A stretch of 64,000 nt of DNA from a virus (taxonomy: Duplodnaviria > Caudoviricetes), in IMG/VR virus record IMGVR_UViG_3300042469_000933, positions 466 to 64,465 of that record, one strand, 5' to 3'. The notes under the pieces are model-generated. The model saw only the letters and a list, made by a program, of their open reading frames with translations. It was not told the DNA's origin and did not search any database. Position numbers and translations under genes: made by a program. How positions within the stretch are numbered: the stretch's first letter is position 1; each line of letters starts with the position of its first letter. This document shows, one piece after another, positions 41,400-51,571 of the stretch.

Positions 41400-44300
41400 T
41401 CAGGTGTTTGATAGGCTAAAAGTAGTGACGGCCGATTGAGCCCAGATTTCTTCACCGGAATCCCAATGGTACTCCAGCGTAAGCCATGAACCACGAAGCG
41501 GAGAGCCAACGCCGTAGTCGGTACCGGCGATCACCGATGCTGCGCGTGGGAGCGGGTGCCTCCAAGCGTTTTCCTTGTACGTTGGACGGAAGGTCGGTGG
41601 AGCGCTCGGCAATGGAACGAAGGGTACCAACGAACCCAGCTGTGAACCACTGGAGCAGAACAGGGCGCTAGGGGCCGGCACGGTCCCGAACAGGTGTGAA
41701 GAAGCGTAGACCTTGGTCCTGTCCGGGCTGGGAGCCGAGACGAATCCAAGGAAGGACTGTGGGTCACGACCGTAGAACGAGGTCCGTAGAGCCGTTGCAG
41801 AGTCGTGACGGTAAAAACGGCCACGGGGAGTGGTTGGGTTCCTCCAGGGCAAGAAGGCGGGGTCTGCGGAGTACAGATCGGATCCGATGGTCGTGTACAC
41901 TCCGGAATCATGGCTTCGCTCATGGAGGTACTGGTCCAGCGTCTCCGAGAACACCAGGCTCCGGGTCGTGATTGGAGAGCTGGCCACGATGAACGTCCAC
42001 CCCACTTCCTTGTACCGGGGAGAGACCCAAGCCGCAACGCCACCGACACAGGCTGGAGCGTCATTGCTCGGATGCGCGATGTCACCATGGTCCGTGAGCA
42101 GCTCAGCGATGTCGAACACATCCGAAGCGAACTTCTTAATGCTCGAAAGCCGTTGCATGCCCTGACCGGCCGAGAAGCGCCAAATGGTCCGCTGCCGATG
42201 GTCGTAACCGTACCATCCCAGGGCGCCCCTGACAATGCTCCATTGATTCTGTGAGCCAAGTTCAAGGCCAACGGTCTGAAAGCGAGAGGAAAGGACTTCC
42301 CCTTCTCCGATGATGAGGCTTCCGCCCTGGCCATCACCGGCCACTCCGCGCTCAGCTGTGGCATGAACAATGGTGTTGAACTCCTGCACACTGAACAGCC
42401 GGCCACCATCGGTGATCAGCTTCACGATCTCTCCATGCGCCGGGTCAAAGTCCTTGAATGCGGCCAGGTCCCAGCGACGGTAGCCGTCAATGATCTCTCC
42501 GGTCGCTTTCTTGCCGCTGTAACGCACTCGAACCGGGAACTTGGATGATGCGCTCGGAGACTGAGCGTCATAGCCCTGACGACCGTAATCGCCAAGAATG
42601 CGATTGTAGCCAGCGTTGTAGGAATTGCTTTCCAGGTTGTCTCCGAACTGGAACGAGAAGAACCCGGGATCTCCAGACTGCACGGCTGGGTAGTAGGTTA
42701 CGTTTACGTTCTCTCTCATTCGCATAGCCGGGTTCATGGCACACTCCTGTACAGCGCCGATCATGTTGCCATACTTGTAGTAACGGCCATTGGACGCATA
42801 TTCGGAGTCCTGGTATCCGTCGTCAGACGTCTGACGGTGATAGGTGCGCTGTACAAAGCAGTCACCACGGTAGAAGCTCTGTGCACCAATAGCAGCAATT
42901 CCCGCTAGAGGCAGGAAAGAGCTGATCCGATGGTAGATCTCTGTTACCGGGTTGTACAGCGTGGCGATGTTCAGCGTCACAGGGTCGCTCTGGTAGATGT
43001 TGATCACCACAGCATCATTGGCTCCGGGCAACAGGCTCGTGTTAAAGTTGGCCGTGTTCGGAGCTTCGGTCATCACTCCGATGTACCCTCGCTGCTGAAT
43101 GCCACGGTTGCCCCATTCGCGCTTACAGCCGGTTACTATGTTGTATGCATAGAGCATGTACGGCTCCCCTAATGCTTGTGCCGATTCACCAGCTTCTGCG
43201 AACTTGGACACGAACCCACCTTCAGCCGGTGAGAGTTCCCTAGGCGCCACGTTGATAAGCTTCGCTGTTCCGTAGTTTGGCGTTGCTCCGGCATCGGTAA
43301 GAACCGGTGATCCAGGTGCAAATGCACGCTGTTCCCAAAGCTCGTCCGGAAGGCGGCTGTTCGCACTTGTACCGGTGTAACCGCTGGACATGCCGTAGCG
43401 GTTCAGTGTGCTGCGGCCTTGAATGACCATCTTGTACGTCCCATCAGCCAGTGACCTGGTGAAAAAGTGGTCCGTGGAGAAGATGCCAAACCGGTTCGCT
43501 ACACGAGAGCCCGGGATATCATACTGACGGAAATAAATGTCTCCGGGATCGCAGCCTTCCTTGCTTCGAATAGCCACCCTGAACACGCTGGAATTACCGT
43601 AACCCTGACTGAACTCCGCAATGATGTTCGCAGAGCTGTCACCAGCGTCCGGACCGCCGATCTGAACGCCGGCGTCCGCATACCAAGTTCCACCTGGTGG
43701 AGCAGAGAAGCCATTGGCTACATGTCCTTGGTAAAGGAGCTGGTTCTTGCGTTCGGCGCGCATGAAGTAATACCCGCACACGTTGTCCTGCATCCACTGC
43801 GGAAGCACCAAGGCCGAGGTATCAAAGCGCACACCCAGCACGTAGATGCGGTCGCCGGCACCACGGTTCTGATAGAAGGCATAATCCGTGTTCATGTTGG
43901 ACGGCATGCGCAGGGTTCCGTTGGCGTTGGTCGTGACCGCTCCGGGGTCGTTCCACGCATCGTAACCGCGTACCGGGAACGCCTGGCTCTCCTTTCCATC
44001 CTTAAACACCCACACCACAGCGAACGCGTAGGGCTCGCCCCGGAAGTAGCCTACGTGTGAGAACGTGTCCTGGTAGTCTTTGTAACCAAAACGCGTGGAA
44101 GTGTTCGTACGGAAATCGCCATCGCTTTCCTCAAGCAGATCTGCTGAAGGTGTTGGCACGGCCAGTATCTGCTGAGCGGCCGCATACAGCAAGTCATTGC
44201 GGGTGAAGCGTTCCTTCCAGTTTCCACCCCAGAGGTACCCTTCGTGCTGAGCGATCGTCCGGGGAGAGTCGTTTACGGTCTTGCGCTGAATGATTTCGTC

Positions 44301-45293
44301 CAGCGTAAGGTCGATCACGTCTTCCTGTCCGGTGATGGTGATCACCAGCGTGCTCGATCCTGGATCAATGGGGTACAACTGGTTCAGCAAGCCTACTTCC
44401 GTGGTCTGGTCGCTGCGGTAGGAAAACCCTACCTCCACGAACTTGAATGCTGTGTCGATGTCGTCAATGGTGAGAACGACCTGCTTTCCGGAGTTGAAGT
44501 TGGCCGGGTCTCCGTCCGTGGCCACGCCGGATGTCACAAAATCGGACGACACTTGCACCGGAGCTGATTCGCACAGAAAGCTGGTCTTCTCCAGATTGGA
44601 ATCGACCAGGCGGATGTAGAACAGCGTGATGCCGGACGGCCACTGGCCACCAGGTCCAACAGAAGCAGTTGTGACGGTCGGGTGCGGACAGGTTTCAAAG
44701 ATGGAAGAGATTGCATTCTGCAACGAGCCCTGCCAGTAAAAACGCTGGTTGTAGATGCCTGTGGTATGTTCAAAACCAGTGTTGATACAGCGCAATGGGT
44801 TCGCCCAGTCAGTCCAGTGAATATCCAAGCTGCCATCGTAGCTCAGCGCTATCTCGATTTCCATTTGCCGGCCACACTGAAAGTTGAACAGCGTTGACCG
44901 AAGACTGGAACGAAACGCATCAGGATTTGACACACTGGCCGGGTTGGTGGCTCCTGTCCAGTTCCGCAACGGGCGGTACACGTGCTCGTACGTGCCAAGA
45001 CCAGAGGCCAAGGGAGAAGGGTAGGTGCCGATTTCTCCAAATCCAGTCGCCGGGTTGGTAGAGAAGATGAACAGAACTCCTCCGTATTCCCTCACACCAA
45101 TAGGCACGTACCCATTGGTCACCTCAAAGGCGAATTCATTGCCTTCAATGTTCGTCAGGTTGAACCGACCATTACTGATGCTATCAATGCGAAAATTCTG
45201 CAGGCTACGCAGAAAGTCCGGAGGTACACTGTGCGGAGCATCGTCCCGGTTGACGCCCTGCAGAAACCTGTTAGTGAATTCCTGTTGCGACAT
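41400..45293 (-). CDS. tail stabilization/nozzle protein (P22 gp10-like)
   Basis: 1297 aa. N-terminal F..GVN.D, WTDWANPLRCIN, GYFRGEPYAF and FKDFDPAHGEI resemble crAss-like tail stabilization proteins, and it follows the tail ring gene. Confidence 0.8.
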   Translation of the reverse strand: MSQQEFTNRFLQGVNRDDAPHSVPPDFLRSLQNFRIDSISNGRFNLTNIEGNEFAFEVTNGYVPIGVREYGGVLFIFSTNPATGFGEIGTYPSPLASGLGTYEHVYRPLRNWTGATNPASVSNPDAFRSSLRSTLFNFQCGRQMEIEIALSYDGSLDIHWTDWANPLRCINTGFEHTTGIYNQRFYWQGSLQNAISSIFETCPHPTVTTASVGPGGQWPSGITLFYIRLVDSNLEKTSFLCESAPVQVSSDFVTSGVATDGDPANFNSGKQVVLTIDDIDTAFKFVEVGFSYRSDQTTEVGLLNQLYPIDPGSSTLVITITGQEDVIDLTLDEIIQRKTVNDSPRTIAQHEGYLWGGNWKERFTRNDLLYAAAQQILAVPTPSADLLEESDGDFRTNTSTRFGYKDYQDTFSHVGYFRGEPYAFAVVWVFKDGKESQAFPVRGYDAWNDPGAVTTNANGTLRMPSNMNTDYAFYQNRGAGDRIYVLGVRFDTSALVLPQWMQDNVCGYYFMRAERKNQLLYQGHVANGFSAPPGGTWYADAGVQIGGPDAGDSSANIIAEFSQGYGNSSVFRVAIRSKEGCDPGDIYFRQYDIPGSRVANRFGIFSTDHFFTRSLADGTYKMVIQGRSTLNRYGMSSGYTGTSANSRLPDELWEQRAFAPGSPVLTDAGATPNYGTAKLINVAPRELSPAEGGFVSKFAEAGESAQALGEPYMLYAYNIVTGCKREWGNRGIQQRGYIGVMTEAPNTANFNTSLLPGANDAVVINIYQSDPVTLNIATLYNPVTEIYHRISSFLPLAGIAAIGAQSFYRGDCFVQRTYHRQTSDDGYQDSEYASNGRYYKYGNMIGAVQECAMNPAMRMRENVNVTYYPAVQSGDPGFFSFQFGDNLESNSYNAGYNRILGDYGRQGYDAQSPSASSKFPVRVRYSGKKATGEIIDGYRRWDLAAFKDFDPAHGEIVKLITDGGRLFSVQEFNTIVHATAERGVAGDGQGGSLIIGEGEVLSSRFQTVGLELGSQNQWSIVRGALGWYGYDHRQRTIWRFSAGQGMQRLSSIKKFASDVFDIAELLTDHGDIAHPSNDAPACVGGVAAWVSPRYKEVGWTFIVASSPITTRSLVFSETLDQYLHERSHDSGVYTTIGSDLYSADPAFLPWRNPTTPRGRFYRHDSATALRTSFYGRDPQSFLGFVSAPSPDRTKVYASSHLFGTVPAPSALFCSSGSQLGSLVPFVPLPSAPPTFRPTYKENAWRHPLPRAASVIAGTDYGVGSPLRGSWLTLEYHWDSGEEIWAQSAVTTFSLSNT

Positions 45294-45296
45294 GGC

Positions 45297-45872
45297 TTAC
45301 CGGGTTGGACGTGTGACAACAACACCAGTGCGGACCATACGGAGCATACGGTCCATCTGGTCACGGGTAACATTCCGGAAGGAGCCACGGGACTTGGCAC
45401 TGGCCAGAGCGTAGTTGTTCTTGGCCTCTTGGTACACTTCACCACGGATCTCGCCACGACTCCATGGGTCGGTGATCAGGTTCCGGATGCAGTACCAATA
45501 CGCAGCCTCTTCGAACACGTCATCGATGTACGGCTCGTAGTTCTCGTCCACCCGGAACACCAGAAGGTCCACCCAGATCTTAGTGAACGATTCACCGACC
45601 TGAATGCATGATTGCTTGATGGTGTACTCGCTTGGCTGGCACAGCCGCGTGGATGTTCGGATGCTCAGCACCCGAAACGCATTCACCGGAAGCTTTGCTG
45701 TGCCCCCGGTGACTGATAGTTCCATGTTATTCACCTCTTCGAAATGGTCAAAGGAGCCAGCATCGGCCAGCGCCTCGAAGACCCATTCAATGATGTCGGC
45801 CCTGTCAATGACCAGGTTCCTGTACACCCGGTTCATTCGGTTGATCAGCTGATCGATGGTGACGTTGTTCAT
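45297..45872 (-). CDS. tail ring / tubular protein (P22 gp4-like)
   Basis: DIIEWVFEAL...AKLP...P.I.D...EA..WY pattern and position before the nozzle gene. Confidence 0.65.
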   Translation of the reverse strand: MNNVTIDQLINRMNRVYRNLVIDRADIIEWVFEALADAGSFDHFEEVNNMELSVTGGTAKLPVNAFRVLSIRTSTRLCQPSEYTIKQSCIQVGESFTKIWVDLLVFRVDENYEPYIDDVFEEAAYWYCIRNLITDPWSRGEIRGEVYQEAKNNYALASAKSRGSFRNVTRDQMDRMLRMVRTGVVVTRPTR

Positions 45873-46342
45873 ATCCAGCGGTGTCCTTTGGACGTTAGGT
45901 CCCTGAGCTTCTCCAGCCAGGGACGGGTGAGTTTGAAGAGGTACATCTTGCCTCCGATGGAGCGCTGTATGCTACGGTGCAGAACGACCACACCCCCAAA
46001 GTGAATGTTTTCCGTGTCGATGTTGAACGGCCGGTGAGAAGTATCCATGCGATGGTTCATGGAGGCGATGCGCATGAAACCGAAATCCTTTTCCGGAAGA
46101 ACGAACGTGTCCTGATTGGTAAGCATGTCATTGGCCATCAGCTCGAACATCCGACGCACCAAGCCCTTGGCCTTCTGATGCCCTTCCTTTTGGCTAAATG
46201 ACCCGAACAGTTTTCTCCAGGATACGATGCGAGAGCCGGTGATGCTATCGCCGAACCGCTCCATGTCCAGTAGATCGTCCAGCGTGTTGCGCTTGACCCA
46301 GGCATTGTACCCCGGAGAGCTGAACAGAATGCTTTTAGCCAT
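45869..46342 (-). CDS. basic protein, possibly IHF/HU-like as in crAss-like tail modules
   Basis: Start placed at ATG 46342. A helix followed by FVLPEKDFGFMRI is HU/IHF-like, and synteny fits. Confidence 0.5.
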   Translation of the reverse strand: MAKSILFSSPGYNAWVKRNTLDDLLDMERFGDSITGSRIVSWRKLFGSFSQKEGHQKAKGLVRRMFELMANDMLTNQDTFVLPEKDFGFMRIASMNHRMDTSHRPFNIDTENIHFGGVVVLHRSIQRSIGGKMYLFKLTRPWLEKLRDLTSKGHRWI

Positions 46343-46730
46343 TGCGACGCAGGTCGAAGGTGGCCATCTTCTTGAACGCTTGCATGTTGCGCTCATCATT
46401 GCGCTGTTCCTCCCATTCCGGTTGGCCGGGCATCGGGTCGGACATCTGCGCAATGCGTTCGCTGATATTGGTGACCGGGATGTCCTCGGCGCCACCTTCG
46501 CAGTCCGCCGCCCGGACGAACTCACCATCGAGCAGGTAGGTGCGGCCATCACAGATCACTTCAAAGTACAGGTGCTCTACCCACTTGGGAGGACTGCATC
46601 CGCACTTCACATTACGGGTGACCGTCCGCTCGTAGCAGTATTTCTCATGCATGCGGAAGGTGCGGGACATAACCATGTCCTCACTACGGACCAATAGGGT
46701 CTGGTTGATGATCAGGCAAGTTGGCATCAT
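46335..46730 (-). CDS. hypothetical protein
   Basis: 131-aa ORF overlapping both neighbours, with several Cys. Confidence 0.55.
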   Translation of the reverse strand: MMPTCLIINQTLLVRSEDMVMSRTFRMHEKYCYERTVTRNVKCGCSPPKWVEHLYFEVICDGRTYLLDGEFVRAADCEGGAEDIPVTNISERIAQMSDPMPGQPEWEEQRNDERNMQAFKKMATFDLRRNG

Positions 46731-47395
46731 TCGATGTTTTTGGCGGTTGCACGTTCTGTGTTTGCGGGAAAATCGGAACCATCGTTGATGGTATCCCCTT
46801 GAATCGGATTAGTGGAGAGCAGTTGCTTCAGGCAAAGCACCTCCAGCTGGTGTATCTTGTCATTCGGGATCGGATAGTCCGTCTTGTCAAAGTCCAAAAT
46901 ACACCTGTTCTCTGCTGGGTTCTCCAAGATCGCTATCATGCGAAGCACTTTCAGGTTATCCGGGATGAACTTCAAGTAAGCCTTACCATCCAGCATGGTG
47001 AATGAAGGCCGTGTCCTGCACATTCGGCCACCTGTAGCCATTAGGAACGAGGACAAGCCGAGCTCTTGAAACGGTTCTGTACCATTGACCAAGCCCAGAT
47101 AAGCCACAGCGCCCCGTATGGACTCCGTTTGTGGCACTTCCACCACTTGGTACTCAATACCGGATTCCCGGCCGTCACAAACGATCTTGGCGGTTTCCAC
47201 CTTTAGGCACGACATGTCCTGATAGTATGCGGCGGAAACACCAAGACCAGGCTTGGCCTGGTCCCGGATAAGTACCGATCGCTTAGACCGGATGATGTAG
47301 TCGATAAAAGGCTCTTCAAGCCTTGTGTCGTCAGTCAATTTGTGCCCCGTCAACTGGCGGCGCAGACTTGCTCGTATTTCTTCCAGTGCTGGCAT
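46727..47395 (-). CDS. tail ring/adaptor structural protein
   Basis: DDTRL...I...RSVLI and ENP...DYPIP pattern typical of crAss-like ring proteins. Confidence 0.65.
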   Translation of the reverse strand: MPALEEIRASLRRQLTGHKLTDDTRLEEPFIDYIIRSKRSVLIRDQAKPGLGVSAAYYQDMSCLKVETAKIVCDGRESGIEYQVVEVPQTESIRGAVAYLGLVNGTEPFQELGLSSFLMATGGRMCRTRPSFTMLDGKAYLKFIPDNLKVLRMIAILENPAENRCILDFDKTDYPIPNDKIHQLEVLCLKQLLSTNPIQGDTINDGSDFPANTERATAKNIE

Positions 47396-47756
47396 CGGCG
47401 CTTTGCTTTAGTGCTTGCAAAGTAACGATAGCGGTGGATACCAATTCATTAAGTGCCGCCACGCACAGGATGTAGGGGATAACGCACAACGCCCTTTCAA
47501 AGAGGTTGGCATTCCAGAGCACCAGTCCCGCCGTGCAGTACGTGAACAAGCCCCACAGGGAGGCCATGCACGTGGTACACAGAAGGATGGGTTTTGCTAG
47601 CCAGATGGACATCAATCCGCGACGTACCATCCGGTCCAGCCATTTGTACAGCCAGTGGAGAGCATTTCCCTCAACGCTTGCAGCCGCCAGTCCCAGGCAA
47701 ACCCCGGAACCAACGGCTACAAGCAGTAGGAAGCTCAAAGCATTGAGCTCGTTCAT
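47331..47756 (-). CDS. membrane protein with CxxC (DUF1360-like)
   Basis: Three hydrophobic segments and KPILLCTTCMASLWG. Confidence 0.6.
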   Translation of the reverse strand: MNELNALSFLLLVAVGSGVCLGLAAASVEGNALHWLYKWLDRMVRRGLMSIWLAKPILLCTTCMASLWGLFTYCTAGLVLWNANLFERALCVIPYILCVAALNELVSTAIVTLQALKQSADASTGRNTSKSAPPVDGAQID

Positions 47757-47760
47757 GACC

Positions 47761-48552
47761 TTAGTCGAGACAGGTCACAGCAGCCAACAGGGGCGTATCC
47801 CAGTTAGCTGCGAAGGTGGCGAGCGTGTTGTCCACGTAGATCTCCACGTCGAGGTAGCGATCAGTCAGCGCGTCAGCCAGGTGCGGGTCGTTGACCTGAC
47901 GGATCGGATTGATCCGGAAGCCATACACGCAGTAGCTGGCACCACGAGCCAGTTGCGGATCGCTGAACATCGAGCCAGGCAGGATCGGGAACTCGCGAGC
48001 CAACTGTGAACGGTTCAAGATTGGCGCCTGATGAGCCGTGATCTCGCTGAACGTGCCCGAGTTGACGAAATACTCGAACCCGCACGTAGCCAGGTCACTG
48101 TCACAATCCTTCTCCGTGAGCTCGAAGGCCGTGTAGGAGCCCGGAGCACCCACACCAACAGCGGTGACGATCGAATCATCGTTGCCGTTGATCTGAGCAA
48201 GCATGCTGGTCACGATCGCGTTCACGGTCAACGGCGCTCCATTGGGGTCACCGAAGTTGTACTCCGTGGAGCTTTCGAAGGTCTCCTGCACACGATAGGT
48301 CGTGGTGCAGGGCTTTTTCACGATCGTCAGCGTCCAGAGCCAGGGGCACTCACAGGTTGCGCTTGGGATCGTGGGCGTGATGGTCACCGTCTGCCAAGTA
48401 CAGACCTGGGTGCATTGCTTGTAGCAATTGCTGGTACTGGTAGCCAGGAAGGGAGGCAATCCCTGAATGGTTACCACACCACTTGCCACGTTCACCGAGT
48501 CTGCGGTGAGCGTGTTGAAAAGAAGGCGCTTAGGGCCTGTTTGAATGGACAT
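47761..48552 (-). CDS. Cys-rich structural protein (auxiliary capsid/decoration candidate)
   Basis: 263 aa, Thr/Cys-rich beta protein with strong codon bias, in the head module. Confidence 0.55.
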   Translation of the reverse strand: MSIQTGPKRLLFNTLTADSVNVASGVVTIQGLPPFLATSTSNCYKQCTQVCTWQTVTITPTIPSATCECPWLWTLTIVKKPCTTTYRVQETFESSTEYNFGDPNGAPLTVNAIVTSMLAQINGNDDSIVTAVGVGAPGSYTAFELTEKDCDSDLATCGFEYFVNSGTFSEITAHQAPILNRSQLAREFPILPGSMFSDPQLARGASYCVYGFRINPIRQVNDPHLADALTDRYLDVEIYVDNTLATFAANWDTPLLAAVTCLD

Positions 48553-48563
48553 CGTTTGGGGAA

Positions 48564-49253
48564 TTAAGAGTTGATCTTGCGTTCGTTCAGGTGCGTTTGG
48601 TACCTGCGGCTCTCGATCGTTTCGAGCTGCCTACGAACGGCAAACTCTGCGATCTCTTGGTTGACCGTGGCAGGAAGGTCCGGGTTGATGGTGCTTACCA
48701 CAGAGACCTTGACCGGATACTTGATGTACTCGATCCTGGCCTCGTTGGCGAAGTTGCCGACGCCGCAAAGGGCCTTCATCGTCCTGCCAGTTAAGTAATA
48801 CATGGGTCGCTCCGGTGAAGGCCGCGAGAACGGGTCCCGCTCGACATCGTACCGTTGGTCACGGCGAAAAATACGAGCGGGAGCCCATCCATCGTTGCGC
48901 TTGCACACTGCAGGGGTGCTGGGGCCGGTGAAGACCCTAAAGCCCACGCTGAGCATGGAGAGATAGCCGTGGCTCTGCCCGGGTGCCGGGTTTTCCACGT
49001 ATGGTAGCGGGAATGACTCCTGCTCAGATGATGCTACTCCGGCGTTTGGAATAACCAACAAAGGGGGAACCAGTTCGCGAAGTGTGTCCAGGACACGTTG
49101 GTTGGTTTCAGCCACCCTTGCCATTTGCCGGATGTAGTCGATCACCGCCGCATTGTAGAGCACATCAAATTCCTCAGGCGTTACGGTGCCTGAATTGTGT
49201 TTCCACACTCCCTGAAGGAAGTATTCGTAGATCTCTGCAATGGTCGTGAGCAT
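48564..49253 (-). CDS. head-tail ring/adaptor protein
   Basis: TPEEFD..YN.A...DPFSRPS..RP...YIKYP..V...LP...EI...AV pattern typical of crAss-like ring proteins. Confidence 0.65.
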   Translation of the reverse strand: MLTTIAEIYEYFLQGVWKHNSGTVTPEEFDVLYNAAVIDYIRQMARVAETNQRVLDTLRELVPPLLVIPNAGVASSEQESFPLPYVENPAPGQSHGYLSMLSVGFRVFTGPSTPAVCKRNDGWAPARIFRRDQRYDVERDPFSRPSPERPMYYLTGRTMKALCGVGNFANEARIEYIKYPVKVSVVSTINPDLPATVNQEIAEFAVRRQLETIESRRYQTHLNERKINS

Positions 49254-49266
49254 GAGTTCCTAGGTG

Positions 49267-50061
49267 TTATTCGGCCACTTGCGCGCCGATACCGGTTTCT
49301 TTTGCCTGAGCGTTCTTGACACCCTCGTTGATCGCCTTGGCGGTCGCCTCGTTCGCAGCATCCATGATGTAATGGACAGCAGCATCCTCGGTGACACCAA
49401 TGACGTTCTCGCCGAGCTTGTAAACGCCCGAATCCACTTTGAGCACATTGTACACCACGGCTCGCTTCAACAGCGCCCGATACTTCCAGCTTGCGTTGGC
49501 GGTGCTCTCCAACAGTCTGGCTGGGTTCTTCAGGGCCGTATCTGTGACGAATGCCTGAACCTGTGCAGGGCTCATGCTGATTACCGGCTGTCCCATAAGG
49601 AAACAGAAGTTTCGCATGTCCTTGACCGTCCAAGTATCGACGTGAGCGAATGCCTGACGGATGCGGTCCGCTTTTTTCAGGGTCACGTTGGCTTCTTCCT
49701 CTTCATCCTTCAGGTAGAACACGTGCGTATCCCCCGGATTGATGGATTCAAGGTTGTTGGCCAGAATGCCCTGGTGCTTCGCCATGCCGATGATCAGAGC
49801 GTCCTTCGGATCGTTCAGGTCATACGTGTTCTCATGACGCAGCTCGAACTGCATGCTGTCTGTCAGGCGCATTGGCGCATCTGCTCCGGTAGTCCATTTG
49901 AACTCATCGGTCGGGACGCGCGGTTGTTCTGCTTTGAAGGTTTCGTCGCCCACGACGAAGACCTGGCGGGCTTCATCGAAGTGTGGGCAGACAAAAACCC
50001 CGGTGACGCGATAGTTGGTACTAATCGCGAAGATCTGAACTCTCTTTTCGTTGGTTGCCAT
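49267..50061 (-). CDS. conserved crAss-like head-module protein downstream of MCP
   Basis: YDLNDP.D, FYLKDEEEEA and a C-terminal G.VIG...AV.Y. Synteny supports the call. Confidence 0.6.
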   Translation of the reverse strand: MATNEKRVQIFAISTNYRVTGVFVCPHFDEARQVFVVGDETFKAEQPRVPTDEFKWTTGADAPMRLTDSMQFELRHENTYDLNDPKDALIIGMAKHQGILANNLESINPGDTHVFYLKDEEEEANVTLKKADRIRQAFAHVDTWTVKDMRNFCFLMGQPVISMSPAQVQAFVTDTALKNPARLLESTANASWKYRALLKRAVVYNVLKVDSGVYKLGENVIGVTEDAAVHYIMDAANEATAKAINEGVKNAQAKETGIGAQVAE

Positions 50062-50086
50062 GGTGTATGGTCTCTATGCGTGGATA

Positions 50087-51538
50087 TTACTGACGGGACT
50101 TGATGAGCTGTGCGAAGCCCATCGGGTTGCGCATGATCACGCCGCTCTCGCTGAGGATGTGGACCTGCTTGCCGTCAACAGGCGAGCTGGCCATCATCAT
50201 CTTGCCTCCGCTGCCTTCGCCAGCGCCCACAACAGGACCGTCGCCGGTCATGCCGTTGATGACGCGCTGGACGAAACGACGATCGGTATCGCCATTGCCC
50301 AGGGTCAGCAGTTGCACGTTGGGGTTTCCGCCCACCGTGTTGCCGAGGTTCACGAAGAACGCGCGCTCGCTCATGTAGTTGTTGCCGTACGAGTCACGGT
50401 CCGATGGACGGAACGGAGCATCGAAGGCAGGACAACGCATGAAGTGCAGGCGGACGTTGCCCAGCGTGTAGTAGCTGAACGAGGTCTTGATGCCCATGCC
50501 GTCAGCGGTCTGCTCGACCAGGGGAACGGGGTTCTCCTTCAGCACGTCACGCAGGAGGCGCTGCAGGTTGTTGTAGAAGCGCTGACCGCCGCATACGGCC
50601 ACTTCCAACATGCCGTCAGAGGTCTGCTGCAACTGCATCTGCTCCAGCACGTTCTCGATCTGACGGATCGTGAGCGTATTGTAGTGGAAGCGCAGGGACG
50701 AATCGCCCTGTGCGATGATACCGTTGCCCATGATCAGGTCACGGCCGTCATCGTCCTGCACATACACGCGATCGTTCGCGTCCACGGTAGCGCGTCCGAA
50801 CAGCAACTGGTGCTCCAGTGCCATGGCCCAACGCTCGTACATGTCCAGGTTTTGCTGGTACTCCCAGGTACGAACACCGTTGTGCTCCAACCACACTTTC
50901 GTCGCGGCAGCGGAACCGGAGATCGTGTGCTTCATGCGCTGAATACCGATGAACTCGGTGTGCCACTCATGGTAGGTGCTCTTTTCTCCGGCGTCCTCCG
51001 ACAGTTCGGGGAACATGGTGTGACCGAAGCCGATCTCCTTACCAGCTGCGATAATCGCAGGGTTGCAGTACGCGTTCTCCCGGTTGTGCACCAGCTTCAC
51101 GCGGTAGGTCCATGCACCGGAGCCGGCCTGGGTCTTGCCCAGCACATGCAACAGCGTCTGACGATCCACCAGTTCCAAGTTGTCGTTCTTGGAGAAGTAG
51201 TTCGTGTTCAGCGTAACGGTGAACTCAGCACCATTGAGACCCGGGGTCGAACCGCCCGTGTTGCTCAAGATGATGCCTTTGCGGATGGGGTAGCCCTTGA
51301 GGGGCCACATCACCTTCCGGTTGCCGACCACGCGGAAGTTCTCCGTGTCCATGCCCGCGTACAGGCCCTGGCTGGTGAGTCCGCGCCGTCCGAGGAAGGA
51401 GCTGAAGGTTGAATAGCTGCTCTCATACAGCGAGAGCACGTTGGTCATGATCTCCGGCTTGCTCAGAGCAGCGCGGAGCAGCATGTTGGTAGTTGTGGTC
51501 TTATCCGCGTCGTGCGTGACCGTTCCGAGAATTCGCAT
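50087..51538 (-). CDS. major capsid protein
   Basis: 483 aa with the strongest codon bias in the window. It follows portal and scaffold, and has ELSE, E.QLLFG, G.GII.Q and SESG..MRNP motifs. Confidence 0.85.
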   Translation of the reverse strand: MRILGTVTHDADKTTTTNMLLRAALSKPEIMTNVLSLYESSYSTFSSFLGRRGLTSQGLYAGMDTENFRVVGNRKVMWPLKGYPIRKGIILSNTGGSTPGLNGAEFTVTLNTNYFSKNDNLELVDRQTLLHVLGKTQAGSGAWTYRVKLVHNRENAYCNPAIIAAGKEIGFGHTMFPELSEDAGEKSTYHEWHTEFIGIQRMKHTISGSAAATKVWLEHNGVRTWEYQQNLDMYERWAMALEHQLLFGRATVDANDRVYVQDDDGRDLIMGNGIIAQGDSSLRFHYNTLTIRQIENVLEQMQLQQTSDGMLEVAVCGGQRFYNNLQRLLRDVLKENPVPLVEQTADGMGIKTSFSYYTLGNVRLHFMRCPAFDAPFRPSDRDSYGNNYMSERAFFVNLGNTVGGNPNVQLLTLGNGDTDRRFVQRVINGMTGDGPVVGAGEGSGGKMMMASSPVDGKQVHILSESGVIMRNPMGFAQLIKSRQ

Positions 51539-51571
51539 ACTGGGTTGAAATTGGTTGCGTTAAGGACCTGC

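Noticed and set aside
46343-46552. Upstream extension of the 45869 ORF given in the ORF track
   Set aside because: It overlaps the 46335-46730 gene and has atypical composition. ATG 46342 gives a normal short overlap.
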